A stretch of 64,000 bases of DNA from a virus. Of this stretch, positions 15,901 to 26,483 are shown one piece after another. The notes below the pieces were generated by a model. That model saw only the letters and a list, made by a program, of their open reading frames with translations, was not told where the DNA came from and did no database searches. Made by a program: the position numbers and the translations under genes. Where the stretch lies: IMG/VR virus record IMGVR_UViG_3300044617_001156. One strand, written 5' to 3'. Numbering within the stretch: the first letter of the stretch is position 1; each line of letters starts with the position of its first letter.

Positions 15901-18900
15901 CTGATGATAAACAGTTAATAGATTTTTATTATGAAACGAATCAACCAGTAAATCTTACCAGTGTTGGTAGTGGACTTCATATTTTTAGAGATAAACCAAT
16001 ACAAGTTCAACTGATTGGATCTGTTGGAGTGACTACTTTCACAAACCAAACATTTGATGCTGAACTTCAACTCATTTTCCGTGGACCAGTTGAATCAGTA
16101 TTTGTAGAAGATGGTGGATCTGGTTATGGATCTGAAGAGATATTGAATTATAATAGACAACCTGAATTTATTTTAAAATCCGGAACAGGGGCTGAAGTAA
16201 GACCAGTAATATTAAATGGTTCTATTGCTGAAGTTTTTGTCGTAAGTTCCGGAACTGGATATAATTCTCCTCCGGATTTGTTTGTCGAAAGTCCTGGTGG
16301 ATATGGTGCTATTTTAACTCCAGTAGTTGATCAGGGACTTTTAATTGAAGTAAAAGTTATTTCTGGTGGAGTTGGATATGGGCAATCAACAACTACAATT
16401 GATGTTTTGTCTGCCGGCCAAGAGGCAAAATTCAATGCAAATATAAAATCCTGGAATGTCAATTTAGTAGAAAGAAATATCGATTCCGAAGAGATAAGAG
16501 ATGATGATGGTATTATTGCCGAATCCCTGAAAGAAGATTTTGGTCTTGAATATTCTCATGCATATGCTCCAAGGAATCTAAGAAGATCCGCATTTAGTGA
16601 AAAATTTGTAAGTGGCGAAGCAATTTATGTTCCAGACCTGAATATTCAAAATGGAAGAGAAACATTATCAGATGCTCACTCTCCTATTATTGGATGGGCA
16701 TATGATGGAAATCCAATTTATGGACCTTATGGATACTCAACTCCTTCTGGAGGTTCTCCAAAATTACTAAAATCTGGTTATTCAATTTCATTGCAAGACA
16801 ATCGTCCAAGTTTGAATCTTTATCCGGAAGGATTTTTTGTCGAAGACTATGAATATATTGGCGATGGAGATTTAGATCAATCAAACGGAAGATTCTGCAT
16901 AACACCAGAATATCCAAATGGTACTTATGCTTATTTTGCAACTGTATCTGATATAATCGAAACTGCGGGAATATTTGCAAATTATAGAAAACCAACATTC
17001 CCATATGCGATTGGAGATTACTATCATTCAACTGCCAATTCACTTAATTTTTCTCCTCTATCCAATCAAGATGATTTTGATCTTAATACAACTGGTTTGC
17101 TTAGAAATACAACTCCTTATTATTTGACTAGTGATAATAGTTCTTATGAATTTATAAAAAATCCAAATAAAATTAAAGAGCAAAATTCTAAAGTTACTAA
17201 TGTAAGTTCAGGTGCAGTAACTTCAATTGATATTATTAACTCCGGAGATGATTATAATGTAGGAGACTCAATTTTATTTAATAGTAGTGGAACTGGAGGA
17301 AGAGGAGCCAAAGCATATGTTTCTAGTATTGAAGGTAAGGAAATTGTAGGTATTTCAATTACAACAACCGAAATAGATAATGTTGAATTAATTGGAAATA
17401 TCGGCATCTCTTCTTCTCAGTTGGATTTAAAGAGTGGAGATTTTCTAACTATACAAGGAAAATTCCCGAATGATTTTAGTATATCTCAAAGAATTGATGT
17501 AATCGGTAATAAATTGATTCTTTCTTCTGGAATTGGATCTGCTTCTTATACCGGAATAGTCACTTACATGAGTGTCTATCCACCAATAAATGCCTCTGTA
17601 AATAATTTATTTTATCTTGGTAATGAAATAATTAAAATATTAGATACTGATTTCGCAAATTCAAGAGTTAGAATACTCAGAAATCAAAATGGAACAACAG
17701 GTGTATCTTCATATTCTCCTGGATATGCATTAACAGAGTCTTCTACTAAATTCATTTACAATTCTGCCGGTCTTGCAGTAACTTTCTTTGATAATAGAGA
17801 GTTATATTTTAATCCTGTAGAATCTGTTGGATTAGGAACTACGAGTGGTGTTGGAATTGGATTAACACTTTATTTCACAAATCCTGGCTCTGGTGGAACA
17901 TCTATATTTGTTCCAACGAGAACCATTTATATTCCCGGACACGAAATTCCAACTGGTACTATATTACTTTATCGTTCAAATAACGGTAGTCCATTATCAA
18001 TTTCGACAGATGGTATTAGTTCATTCAATTTAACTAATAATTCAATAGTATACTCTGCAAGAATATCTGAAGATTTAATCGGAATTTCTACAGTTCTCGT
18101 TGGACTAGGGACTACTGGAACTTTTGTTGGAGTTGGATCCACTAATGTGGGAACTTTATTATACTTCACAGGAATTGGAACAGGTGTTTATCATAGTTTG
18201 AAATTAAATCCAACAAAAACAGTTAAGGCAGATCTATCAAAAAATACAGTAAATGTCTCAACTGCAGAAACTCATGGAATGCTCATTGGAGAAAGTATTT
18301 CAATAACAGCATCTCCTCAATTATCCACAAGCGTATCTGTTTATTATAATGATTATAATAGAAGACTTTACATCAATCCACTTTCATTTGGTGCCGCAGA
18401 TGTTGATATCGTAAGCAAAACCATTACTTTAGAAAATCATAAGTTGGCAACTGGACAAAGTGTTATATTCAGACAAACTACTCCAGTTGGTGGATTAGTT
18501 GATAATAAAATTTATTATGTAATATATTACGGCAAAAATTCCATTAAACTTGCAGAATCAATTTATGATGCATCAATTGATAAAGTTTTAAACATAACTT
18601 CTACCGGATCAGGCACAATTTCTCCAATAAATCCGCAGATTTTTGTAACTAGAAATAATACTATTAATTTTGATTTATCAGATTCTTCTTTATCATTTAC
18701 AAATAATACTGTAGATTATTCTGCTTTTGATTTCAAGATTTATAAGAATCCTAATTTTACTGAAGAATTTAATAAAACATTAAATTCTTCTACATTCAAT
18801 GTAATTAAAACAGGAATAATTGGTATTGATACTAATGCATCAATATCTTTAACTCTCAATGACGAGTTTCCTGATAGACTTTATTATAGACTAGAACCAA

Positions 18901-21900
18901 AAAATGATGATCTTTTACCACAGTCAAAACAAGAAATTATATTTGATAACCAATTAGTTGGTGCAGGAGAAATTGTTTTTGTTAATAGTGAATTATCGGG
19001 TTCTATTGTAGTTTCTGGTGTAGGAAGTACAACGTTTGTCTATACAATTCCTTTTGCTCCAGATGAAAGTTCATATAACACATCTAATGGACTTTTTGAA
19101 TATGAAAGGTTTACTGGTAAAGGAAAAATAAAAACAACCACTATAGAATCTGGCGGATCTAAGTATAAATCATTGCCTTCAATATCTGAAGTATTATCAA
19201 CTCAGGGTGAAGATGGTTTATTATACTCTAATGGTGATAGTATTGGTTCTGTGAGTAATGTTGAAATTCAAGATATTGGATTCTCATATCCTTCAGATTT
19301 CACTCTTCGCCCATCAGCAAAACTTCCTGATATTCTAAAACTTTATACTCTTTCAATATTTGATAGAATTGGTATTTCTTCTCGCGGAGTTAATTATGTA
19401 ATACCACCAGATTTGGTAGTTATTGATGGAAAAACAAATCAACAATTAACAGATATAGATTTATCTTATGAACTCGGAGATAGTGAAGTTAAAATTAATA
19501 AAAATGTATCCGGAATTTATGATATAAATCCAATTGTTCTACCAGTAAATAATTCAAATGGTATTGGAATTAATTCGATTACTTATAATTCAACCACCAA
19601 AAATGTTACTGTATACTTAAAACCAAGTTTCAGTGATGTAGAATCTTTCCCATTTGCCGTTGGTGAAAGAATTCTTATTGAAGGTGTTGGCGTAGCATCA
19701 TCCATTTCCACAATTAAAGGATATAATTCAGAAAATTATAATTATTCTCTATTCACTATAACATCCACTGATCCTAATATTGGAGGATCTAATGGTTCCA
19801 TCACTTATAATTTATCAGAGTACCTTTCAACCGGAGAGTCTCCTGGTATTGTTAGTATCAATGGATTTGTAGTACCAGAGAGATACTTCCCTATTTTTAA
19901 TATCTCTCTGAAAAAATTATCATTTAGAACTAGTGAGATTATTTCTTCAAATTCTGCAAGTGGTATAGTACAACTGTGGGATTTTAGAAATAACAATCTA
20001 AAGGTTGCAACAAATAATGACTTCGTAGTTGGAGAAGTTATTATTGGCGAGTCTTCTGGGGCAAGTGCAGTAATTGATGCAGTTTATAGTTCTGATGCAT
20101 CTTATAATGTTGGATCTTCTTCCATTGTAAGAAATGGTTGGTTTAAGGAGACTGGTTTCTTAAACACAGATACTCAAAGAATTCAAGATAGCGATTATTA
20201 TCAGTATTTCTCATACTCACTAAAATCTGAAATTTCCTTTGATCAGTGGGAAGATGGTGTTAGCACTTTGAATCACACTGCGGGATTTAAAAAGTTTAGT
20301 GATCTTGTAATTAATTCATCTTCAGGATTTATTGGATTATCAACGACTCAGGATAAATCAGAATTTACTGGAATTGCTGATCTGTATAATGTTAAGAGCC
20401 TTCATTGCTTTGATGATTATGATTTGGTATCTGAAAATAATATTACGATAAGCAATAAGCAGTATTCAGATAGAATAAAATTTAATTCCAAAATTATCCA
20501 AGACTATATTGAATCTATCGGCAATAGAGTTTTAAAAATTGATGATATAAGTTCCCAGTTTAATAGTAATCCAAGATCAACTAGATTTAGTGAAGTTGAT
20601 TCATTTGACATTGATGAATATAGATCTAAAAAATATGTTATTTACATATCAGATAGAAGATTCCCGACTGAAAAAGAAACCCTTTTAGTCACTCTTCTTC
20701 ATGATAATAATATTGGTTATTTAAATCAATATGCTAGAGTTGAAACTGGAGAAGATCTAGGATATTTTGATTTCAGTGTTAGTGGAACTGAAGGAAGTCT
20801 ATTATTCTATCCAAATAAATTTAGTGTTAATAATTACAGTTTAGAATATACTTCTTTCGGAATTAAAGATTCCATAGCAGGAATAGGAACTCAAAACTTA
20901 GGCAATGTAGTAAAAATTCATTCACACACTTCCAATATTTCTGTTGGAAATACTACTACAACTGTTGTAGGAATTGCATCAACTTATAGATCTTCTAAAG
21001 TTTTAGTTCAAATTGGTGCAACAGACAAGTCTTACTTTGAATTTAATGAAATTACTTTATTGCATAATAATCAAGATGTTTTCTTTATTGATTATGGGCA
21101 ATTGACGACTGGAAACTTTAGTCCTTATTCTTCATCTGGAATAGGAACATATCACGCTTATTTAAGTGGGTCTAACTTAAATCTAGATTTTATATTGAAC
21201 AGTGCTTCATCAGTAGAATATAACATCAATTCAATTGTTGTATCTATAGCAAATACTTCCTCTACGGGAATCGGATCTACTGCAGTTGGCGGAAGTCTTC
21301 TAGATTCTAATTATGTTTCTATTGCTTCTTCAACATCACCAGTATCAACTAACATTGCTCAGCATAGTACAACTTATAATTCATCTTATTATGTTGTATG
21401 TGTAGAAGATACTACAAATAGTAATTACCAAATATCCGAAATTGTAGTTACTAATCATAATACAGATTCTACAATTACAGAATATGGAATTGTAGAATCT
21501 AATGGAATTCTAGGCGATTTTGATTCTAGTATTTCTGGAACAAATGTTTATTTGAACTTTACTCCAATCCCAAATATTCAATGTCAGATTAGAGTATTCA
21601 AGGTTCACTCTGGACTAGATGAGACTGAGGGTGTAATTAACTTCATTAATTCTGATATTGATTCTTCATATGGATTATATCAAGGAACTGATATTGATAT
21701 TAAGAGGGAATTTGATCTTACGCACAATCTTCTTCCTATCTTCCAGAAAGAATTCAATGCCTCTCAGACAAATATTGTTGATGTTACTAATGATTTAATT
21801 TACGTTCCTGGACATTATTTTGTAACTGGAGAAGAGGTTGAATATTCTTATCAAGGTGGTCCAATTGGAATTGCTACAACAACAATCACTGGAATTGGAA

Positions 21901-24900
21901 CAACAGATAAACTACCAAGTTCTGTTTATATTGTAAAAGTTGATGATCTGAATGTAAAGGTAAGTGCTTCTGCATCTGAAGCTTTACGTGCTGTTCCAAA
22001 TGTTTTGAATATTACAAGTGTTGGCATCGGCAGTACTCACTTATTTACTAGTAAAAATCAAAACGCAAAAGCATTAATTTTAATTGATAACGTAATTCAG
22101 TCACCAATTGTCGCTACTGCAATTACAACAACTCTTGCATCTAACGTTCAAGTGTTTGATGACTCAATATCATTCTCCGGAATTACTTCATTCTTCGGTG
22201 GAGATATGATTAAAATTGGTGACGAAATTATGAAAGTGACAGGTGTAGGCATTGGAAGTACCAATGTAGTATCTGTTGTCCGCCCTTGGATGGGAACTGG
22301 TATTGCAACTCATGCCATTGGAGCATTAATAACTAAAATTCAAGGCAATTATAATATTATTGATAATAGTATTAGTTTTTCGGCACCTCCATACGGCAAT
22401 GTTCCTATTGAAAATCCAGACAAATTTGACGAAACTGACTATACCGGAATTTCCACAAGTTCTACATTTGGTGGTAGAGTATTCTTAAGATCTGGAGTTG
22501 AAAATTCTATCAATGAAACCTACAGTAAAAATTATATTTTTGATGATATATCAGATAGATTTGATGGATTCACTTCTGAGTTTAGATTGACTTCGCAGAA
22601 GAATAATATTGCTGGGTTCTCTACAAGCAATTCGGTTCTGCTAATTAATAGTATCTTCCAACTACCTTCACGTCCAGGGGCTATTAGTGTAATTGGTGGA
22701 TACGATCTTTCTGAAACCAGTGGTATCAGTAGTGTTACTTTTGTAGGAACCGCAACTTCAAATACATCAGATATTAATGCATCCAATCTTCCTAGAGGAG
22801 GAATTATAGTTTCTGTTGGATCTACTAAGGGATTTGGATATCAACCATTAGTTTCTGCTGGTGGAACCGCAGTAGTTTCTATTGCAGGTACAATTCAATC
22901 CATTAGTATTGGAAACAGTGGTTCTGGATATAGAAGTGGTTATCAAGTTGTAAATGTTGGTGTCGGCACTTCAAGTCTATATGATCCAAATATCCAATTT
23001 ATTGGTACTGCAGCAGTAAGTGGTGGCCGCATTGTAAGTGTTGCTGTTACAAATCCAGGAACTGGATATACATCCACTAACCCACCATATGTATTCTTCG
23101 ATGCTCCACTTTCTTATAGTAATATTCCATTGATTTACAGTTCAGAGTCAAAATCTGGAGTGGGAACCGAAGCAGTTGTTGATATTGTCGTGGGACAAGG
23201 ATCAAGTGTAATTAGTTTTGAAATTAAGAATTACGGTTATGCATATCAACCAGGAGAAATTCTTACTGTACCAATTACTGGTGTTGTAGGAATTCCTACT
23301 AATTCAACATTAACTTTTGATGAATTCCAGATCAGTATTGAAAGAACTTATAATGATGAGTTTTCTGGATGGACTATTGGAGATCTTCAGGTATTAGATC
23401 CTATTGACTCTTTATTTGATGGTGAAAGAATAGAGTTTCCTATCAAGATCAATGGAAATCAAACTACTATTAGATCAAAAATTGGATCAAATATTGATGT
23501 GGAATCAACATTATTGATCTTTATCAATGATGTTCTGCAAGTTCCAGGAGAAAGTTATATTTTCAAAGGAGGAAGTATAATTACATTCACAGAACCACCT
23601 AAGGAAACTGATACATCAAAACTATTATTTTATAGGGGAACTGGTGATGTTGATACTAGTTTTACTGATATTCTAGAAACAGTTAAACCAGGAGATACTC
23701 TTCAGATTAATTCTGACGATTCATTATACAAACAAACAAAGAGATCTGTAAATGAAATTGTATCTTCAGACATCGTAAGAACAAATGTATATTCTGGAAC
23801 TGGTATTTCTAATGATGTTAATTTACTGAGACCGGTGACTTGGTGTAAGCAAATGACTGATCTTGTAATTGATGAGGTCAGTGTGACTAAAGATAGAGTT
23901 CAATATGAACCTTATATTTACCCAGTAACCAATATCATACAAAATGTCACATCATCTTCAACTGAAATATTTGTAGAAAGCGTCAAAACTTTCTTTGATA
24001 GTGCTGATGAATATATTCAAAATGGAACTGCAGAAAAACCTCAGAAAAAGGTCTTAATTGTATCTCAGGATGAACTTGTTGGTGCAGCTGCATCTGCCGT
24101 TGTTTCGGTTGGTGGATCAATAACATCAATTAGCATCATTGGTGGTGGTGTTGGATATACTACTGCACCATCAGTTTCTATCTCATCTCCTGTTGGAATC
24201 GGGACAACTTTTGCAACTGCTACTGCATCAATTACTGCAGGTGTAGTTACTAGCATTACCGTATCTTATTCTGGTTATGGATATACTTCAACTAATCCAC
24301 CTCAAGTTCTAATTGAATCACCAATACCAAAATATGAAGAGATAAGAGATGTAAGTTATAGTGGAGATTTTGGAATTATAACAGGTATTTCTACAGTTAC
24401 AACAGGAATTGCTTCAACGGGCATTACATTTGACTTGTTTGTTCCTCGGAATTCTTATCTAAGAGATCTTTCTATTAACCAAGTTGGTGTTGCAACTACT
24501 GGTATTAGTGGAATTCAAACTGGTTATTATTTTATTATTGATAATTCCAATGTCGGAAACGGAGTAACTTCACTTAACAGTGGTGGATCTGTAGTTGGTC
24601 TTGGATCAACATACCTAGATAACATTTACCAAGCAGTTGCAGTTTCAATTGCCCAGACTAGTGTTCCTGGCGTAGGAGTTACTTATGTGACTCGAGTCAC
24701 TGTAAGTGTTAGAAATTACAATGGATTAACTGGAATTGGACGTAGTTCTTATTTTGGAAATTATTCCTGGGGTAGATTATCAAATCTCACTAGAACTGAA
24801 CCAAACTCCTTTGGAATTTATAACAATGGTATTGCTGGTATTTCAACATCACCTACTGTAAGAAGATTCAATAAACTAAAGTATTCAAATTACACCTCAT

Positions 24901-24902
24901 AA
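12984..24902 (+). CDS. gp7: Giant baseplate wedge initiator (gp7-like), 3972 aa, with repeated beta domains and a YHYH-like domain
   Basis: Between gp6 and gp8; FYSSKGT..SF.ILFR.LYG and IQDSDYYQYFSYSLKS motifs. Confidence 0.85.
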   Translation: MTESRIKISSIVENQLPDYVKEEFPLVSEFLSQYYQAIENQGSTLDILQNIDRYVKVDNLTNLTDSTQTTSDVSLFDTTINVESTYGFPDSYGLIMIDNEIITYKGKTATSFTECVRGFVGIEEYYNNDQLKFSDTNVETHSNGSVVENLSILFLKEFFNKVKTQVTPGFEDRSLNSEINQGLFIKQSNDFYSSKGTAHSFEILFRALYGKDVEVILPRDFLIQPSDAQYRITKDLVVEAIEGDPSDLVNLTLYQDSIYNIPESRGTISNVEKIIRGDKEYYVISLDFGYDNLNETGLTLGDFTVHPRTRNIVDIASGSDTLTVDSTLGFPSSGVLVVNLENGTQLSVNYESKSSTQFHGCIGITQDISKNSELNLDIFAFGYADIEQTQIVKVRVTGVLSNVLLDSPTKYYDKGDLIKIRTLGKETDDFRANKWLFNISSTHNIKSVVELDSLNFKYRIDLFDQHLFYIGDSVTIIPPQAQPVSEVKGVISSIKNSTSIIVSTEQRLISFVPFQIRKNIVNVLSSNNLSLNKYTANVQNTYLDGINSVYVTSPSLPYYLNNSLIIRDKIVTFSGTFFGDTLSIPNHKFYTGDRIVYNPDDANNKLDLSSGKYFVRRVDLNTIKLSRSLSDLFNDSYVSVSGTVTNNVFYYEPFTFENLSAKTVQTQKLIRQIANPVTTNTRTITPAGFTGIFINGVELLNYKSNDYIYYGPITSVDVLSGGFNYDAINPPLMQVSDSVGSGATAYCIINGSLSRIDVIDGGINYLETPRVIITGGNGFGASAVANLESYDYSVSFNSNQSAGYVNLANNTIGFSSFHKLNSGDELIYQTNQQQGIGGITTNSSYFASIVDASTIKLHTKLSDAVTGINTINLSSPYGEGVHTLKSKFKKRKIRSLTVINTGSNYRNRRLSVDSVGISTANNSINIANHNFNNKDVVAYQTTGSAINGLNTSKYYYVRKIDNDNFRLFDQYTTDDKQLIDFYYETNQPVNLTSVGSGLHIFRDKPIQVQLIGSVGVTTFTNQTFDAELQLIFRGPVESVFVEDGGSGYGSEEILNYNRQPEFILKSGTGAEVRPVILNGSIAEVFVVSSGTGYNSPPDLFVESPGGYGAILTPVVDQGLLIEVKVISGGVGYGQSTTTIDVLSAGQEAKFNANIKSWNVNLVERNIDSEEIRDDDGIIAESLKEDFGLEYSHAYAPRNLRRSAFSEKFVSGEAIYVPDLNIQNGRETLSDAHSPIIGWAYDGNPIYGPYGYSTPSGGSPKLLKSGYSISLQDNRPSLNLYPEGFFVEDYEYIGDGDLDQSNGRFCITPEYPNGTYAYFATVSDIIETAGIFANYRKPTFPYAIGDYYHSTANSLNFSPLSNQDDFDLNTTGLLRNTTPYYLTSDNSSYEFIKNPNKIKEQNSKVTNVSSGAVTSIDIINSGDDYNVGDSILFNSSGTGGRGAKAYVSSIEGKEIVGISITTTEIDNVELIGNIGISSSQLDLKSGDFLTIQGKFPNDFSISQRIDVIGNKLILSSGIGSASYTGIVTYMSVYPPINASVNNLFYLGNEIIKILDTDFANSRVRILRNQNGTTGVSSYSPGYALTESSTKFIYNSAGLAVTFFDNRELYFNPVESVGLGTTSGVGIGLTLYFTNPGSGGTSIFVPTRTIYIPGHEIPTGTILLYRSNNGSPLSISTDGISSFNLTNNSIVYSARISEDLIGISTVLVGLGTTGTFVGVGSTNVGTLLYFTGIGTGVYHSLKLNPTKTVKADLSKNTVNVSTAETHGMLIGESISITASPQLSTSVSVYYNDYNRRLYINPLSFGAADVDIVSKTITLENHKLATGQSVIFRQTTPVGGLVDNKIYYVIYYGKNSIKLAESIYDASIDKVLNITSTGSGTISPINPQIFVTRNNTINFDLSDSSLSFTNNTVDYSAFDFKIYKNPNFTEEFNKTLNSSTFNVIKTGIIGIDTNASISLTLNDEFPDRLYYRLEPKNDDLLPQSKQEIIFDNQLVGAGEIVFVNSELSGSIVVSGVGSTTFVYTIPFAPDESSYNTSNGLFEYERFTGKGKIKTTTIESGGSKYKSLPSISEVLSTQGEDGLLYSNGDSIGSVSNVEIQDIGFSYPSDFTLRPSAKLPDILKLYTLSIFDRIGISSRGVNYVIPPDLVVIDGKTNQQLTDIDLSYELGDSEVKINKNVSGIYDINPIVLPVNNSNGIGINSITYNSTTKNVTVYLKPSFSDVESFPFAVGERILIEGVGVASSISTIKGYNSENYNYSLFTITSTDPNIGGSNGSITYNLSEYLSTGESPGIVSINGFVVPERYFPIFNISLKKLSFRTSEIISSNSASGIVQLWDFRNNNLKVATNNDFVVGEVIIGESSGASAVIDAVYSSDASYNVGSSSIVRNGWFKETGFLNTDTQRIQDSDYYQYFSYSLKSEISFDQWEDGVSTLNHTAGFKKFSDLVINSSSGFIGLSTTQDKSEFTGIADLYNVKSLHCFDDYDLVSENNITISNKQYSDRIKFNSKIIQDYIESIGNRVLKIDDISSQFNSNPRSTRFSEVDSFDIDEYRSKKYVIYISDRRFPTEKETLLVTLLHDNNIGYLNQYARVETGEDLGYFDFSVSGTEGSLLFYPNKFSVNNYSLEYTSFGIKDSIAGIGTQNLGNVVKIHSHTSNISVGNTTTTVVGIASTYRSSKVLVQIGATDKSYFEFNEITLLHNNQDVFFIDYGQLTTGNFSPYSSSGIGTYHAYLSGSNLNLDFILNSASSVEYNINSIVVSIANTSSTGIGSTAVGGSLLDSNYVSIASSTSPVSTNIAQHSTTYNSSYYVVCVEDTTNSNYQISEIVVTNHNTDSTITEYGIVESNGILGDFDSSISGTNVYLNFTPIPNIQCQIRVFKVHSGLDETEGVINFINSDIDSSYGLYQGTDIDIKREFDLTHNLLPIFQKEFNASQTNIVDVTNDLIYVPGHYFVTGEEVEYSYQGGPIGIATTTITGIGTTDKLPSSVYIVKVDDLNVKVSASASEALRAVPNVLNITSVGIGSTHLFTSKNQNAKALILIDNVIQSPIVATAITTTLASNVQVFDDSISFSGITSFFGGDMIKIGDEIMKVTGVGIGSTNVVSVVRPWMGTGIATHAIGALITKIQGNYNIIDNSISFSAPPYGNVPIENPDKFDETDYTGISTSSTFGGRVFLRSGVENSINETYSKNYIFDDISDRFDGFTSEFRLTSQKNNIAGFSTSNSVLLINSIFQLPSRPGAISVIGGYDLSETSGISSVTFVGTATSNTSDINASNLPRGGIIVSVGSTKGFGYQPLVSAGGTAVVSIAGTIQSISIGNSGSGYRSGYQVVNVGVGTSSLYDPNIQFIGTAAVSGGRIVSVAVTNPGTGYTSTNPPYVFFDAPLSYSNIPLIYSSESKSGVGTEAVVDIVVGQGSSVISFEIKNYGYAYQPGEILTVPITGVVGIPTNSTLTFDEFQISIERTYNDEFSGWTIGDLQVLDPIDSLFDGERIEFPIKINGNQTTIRSKIGSNIDVESTLLIFINDVLQVPGESYIFKGGSIITFTEPPKETDTSKLLFYRGTGDVDTSFTDILETVKPGDTLQINSDDSLYKQTKRSVNEIVSSDIVRTNVYSGTGISNDVNLLRPVTWCKQMTDLVIDEVSVTKDRVQYEPYIYPVTNIIQNVTSSSTEIFVESVKTFFDSADEYIQNGTAEKPQKKVLIVSQDELVGAAASAVVSVGGSITSISIIGGGVGYTTAPSVSISSPVGIGTTFATATASITAGVVTSITVSYSGYGYTSTNPPQVLIESPIPKYEEIRDVSYSGDFGIITGISTVTTGIASTGITFDLFVPRNSYLRDLSINQVGVATTGISGIQTGYYFIIDNSNVGNGVTSLNSGGSVVGLGSTYLDNIYQAVAVSIAQTSVPGVGVTYVTRVTVSVRNYNGLTGIGRSSYFGNYSWGRLSNLTRTEPNSFGIYNNGIAGISTSPTVRRFNKLKYSNYTS

Positions 24903-24923
24903 ATAGATAAAAAACTCTGTAAA

Positions 24924-26477
24924 ATGTCTGCAATTATAACTGACCAATTAAGAATACTGAATGCGAAGAGTTTTGTTTCGGGAATAACAACCACCGATAA
25001 TGCTTATTACTCTTTTATAGGATTACCTAACGCAACTGATTATTCTTCAACCTGGGATGTTACTCCTCCTGCACCTATTGATAATTTTGATCAGGAGAAT
25101 GACTATTACGATACTATGATTGCTTTGAAGAGAATTAGATCTGATGACGTAAGACAGATGATTAGGAAGGTTACCTGGTCATCTGGAACAACTTATGATA
25201 TGTATCGCCACGATATTAGTCGCAATAATACTTCAAAACCATCTGGAGCTACAAGTCTTTATTACGCAAATTATTACGTATTGAATAGTGATTATCGAGT
25301 TTATATTTGCCTAGATAATGGAATAAGTCCAGAAACTCCAAGTGGAAGACCTTCACTGGATGAACCAACTTTCACTGATCTAGAACCAAGATCGGCAGGA
25401 AATAGTGGCGATGGATATATTTGGAAATATCTTTATACAATTAGACCTAGTGAAATTGTAAAATTTGATTCTACTGATTACATACCCGTTCCTATTGACT
25501 GGGAAACGAGTGATAGGGACTCCGCAGTTAGAAATAATGCAACAACAAGCGGACAGTTGAAGGTTATAACAATCACTAATCGTGGTGTTGGTGTTGGAAC
25601 TGCAAACAGAGTTTATAGTAGAGTGCCAATTAGAGGTGATGGAACTGGAGCAGAAGCAACTATTCTAGTCAACAGTGAGTCAAAAGTAGAATCTATTACT
25701 ATTTCAAATGGGGGATCTGGATATACTTATGGTTCAGTTGATTTAGAAACTGGTGGTGTACCCACCGGAACAACAAGACCTACTTTTGATGTAATCATTC
25801 CACCAAAAGGAGGTCACGGAGCAGATATTTACAGAGAACTTGGTGCTTTTAATGTTTTAGTTTATTCTAGAATTGAAAATGATGACCAAAATCCAGATTT
25901 TATAACTGGAAACCAAATCGCGAGAATTGGTTTAGTTGAAAACCCAGAAGCGTTCAATTCAACTAATATACTTGATGTAAATAGGGCAAGTGCAGTATAT
26001 GCTATTAAATTATCTGGTATAGCATATAGTACAACCACATTTGATGCAGATTCAAGAATTTTCCAAACAGTTGGAACAGGAATAACTGCAGTAGGAAGAG
26101 TTATCTCTTACAATCAAAATACTGGAGTTCTTAAATATTGGCAAGACAGAACCTTCGTTGGATTCAATACTAATGGAACTCAAAATAATTCTCCACAATA
26201 TGGATTTAACTTGACTAGATTTACTGCTTCTCCATCTACTGGAGGAAGTGTTACGATTACTGGAGGTTCTTCGAATCTGGGAATTGATACTACGTTTACT
26301 GGCGTCACCACCACTATAAATAATAGAAATTATTATCTGGGACAGTCCTTCGCAAATGGAGTGTCCAATCCAGAAGTTAAAAAATACTCTGGAAACATTA
26401 TTTACGTGGACAATAGACCATCAATAACCAGGTCTCAAAACCAAAAAGAAGATATAAAAGTTATTTTGCAATTCTAA
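24924..26477 (+). CDS. gp8: Baseplate wedge subunit
   Basis: WSSGTTYDMY...YRVYICLDNG...DGYIWKYLY...YVDNRPSITRS; late promoter ATAAATA at 24899. Confidence 0.93.
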   Translation: MSAIITDQLRILNAKSFVSGITTTDNAYYSFIGLPNATDYSSTWDVTPPAPIDNFDQENDYYDTMIALKRIRSDDVRQMIRKVTWSSGTTYDMYRHDISRNNTSKPSGATSLYYANYYVLNSDYRVYICLDNGISPETPSGRPSLDEPTFTDLEPRSAGNSGDGYIWKYLYTIRPSEIVKFDSTDYIPVPIDWETSDRDSAVRNNATTSGQLKVITITNRGVGVGTANRVYSRVPIRGDGTGAEATILVNSESKVESITISNGGSGYTYGSVDLETGGVPTGTTRPTFDVIIPPKGGHGADIYRELGAFNVLVYSRIENDDQNPDFITGNQIARIGLVENPEAFNSTNILDVNRASAVYAIKLSGIAYSTTTFDADSRIFQTVGTGITAVGRVISYNQNTGVLKYWQDRTFVGFNTNGTQNNSPQYGFNLTRFTASPSTGGSVTITGGSSNLGIDTTFTGVTTTINNRNYYLGQSFANGVSNPEVKKYSGNIIYVDNRPSITRSQNQKEDIKVILQF

Positions 26478-26483
26478 AAAATT

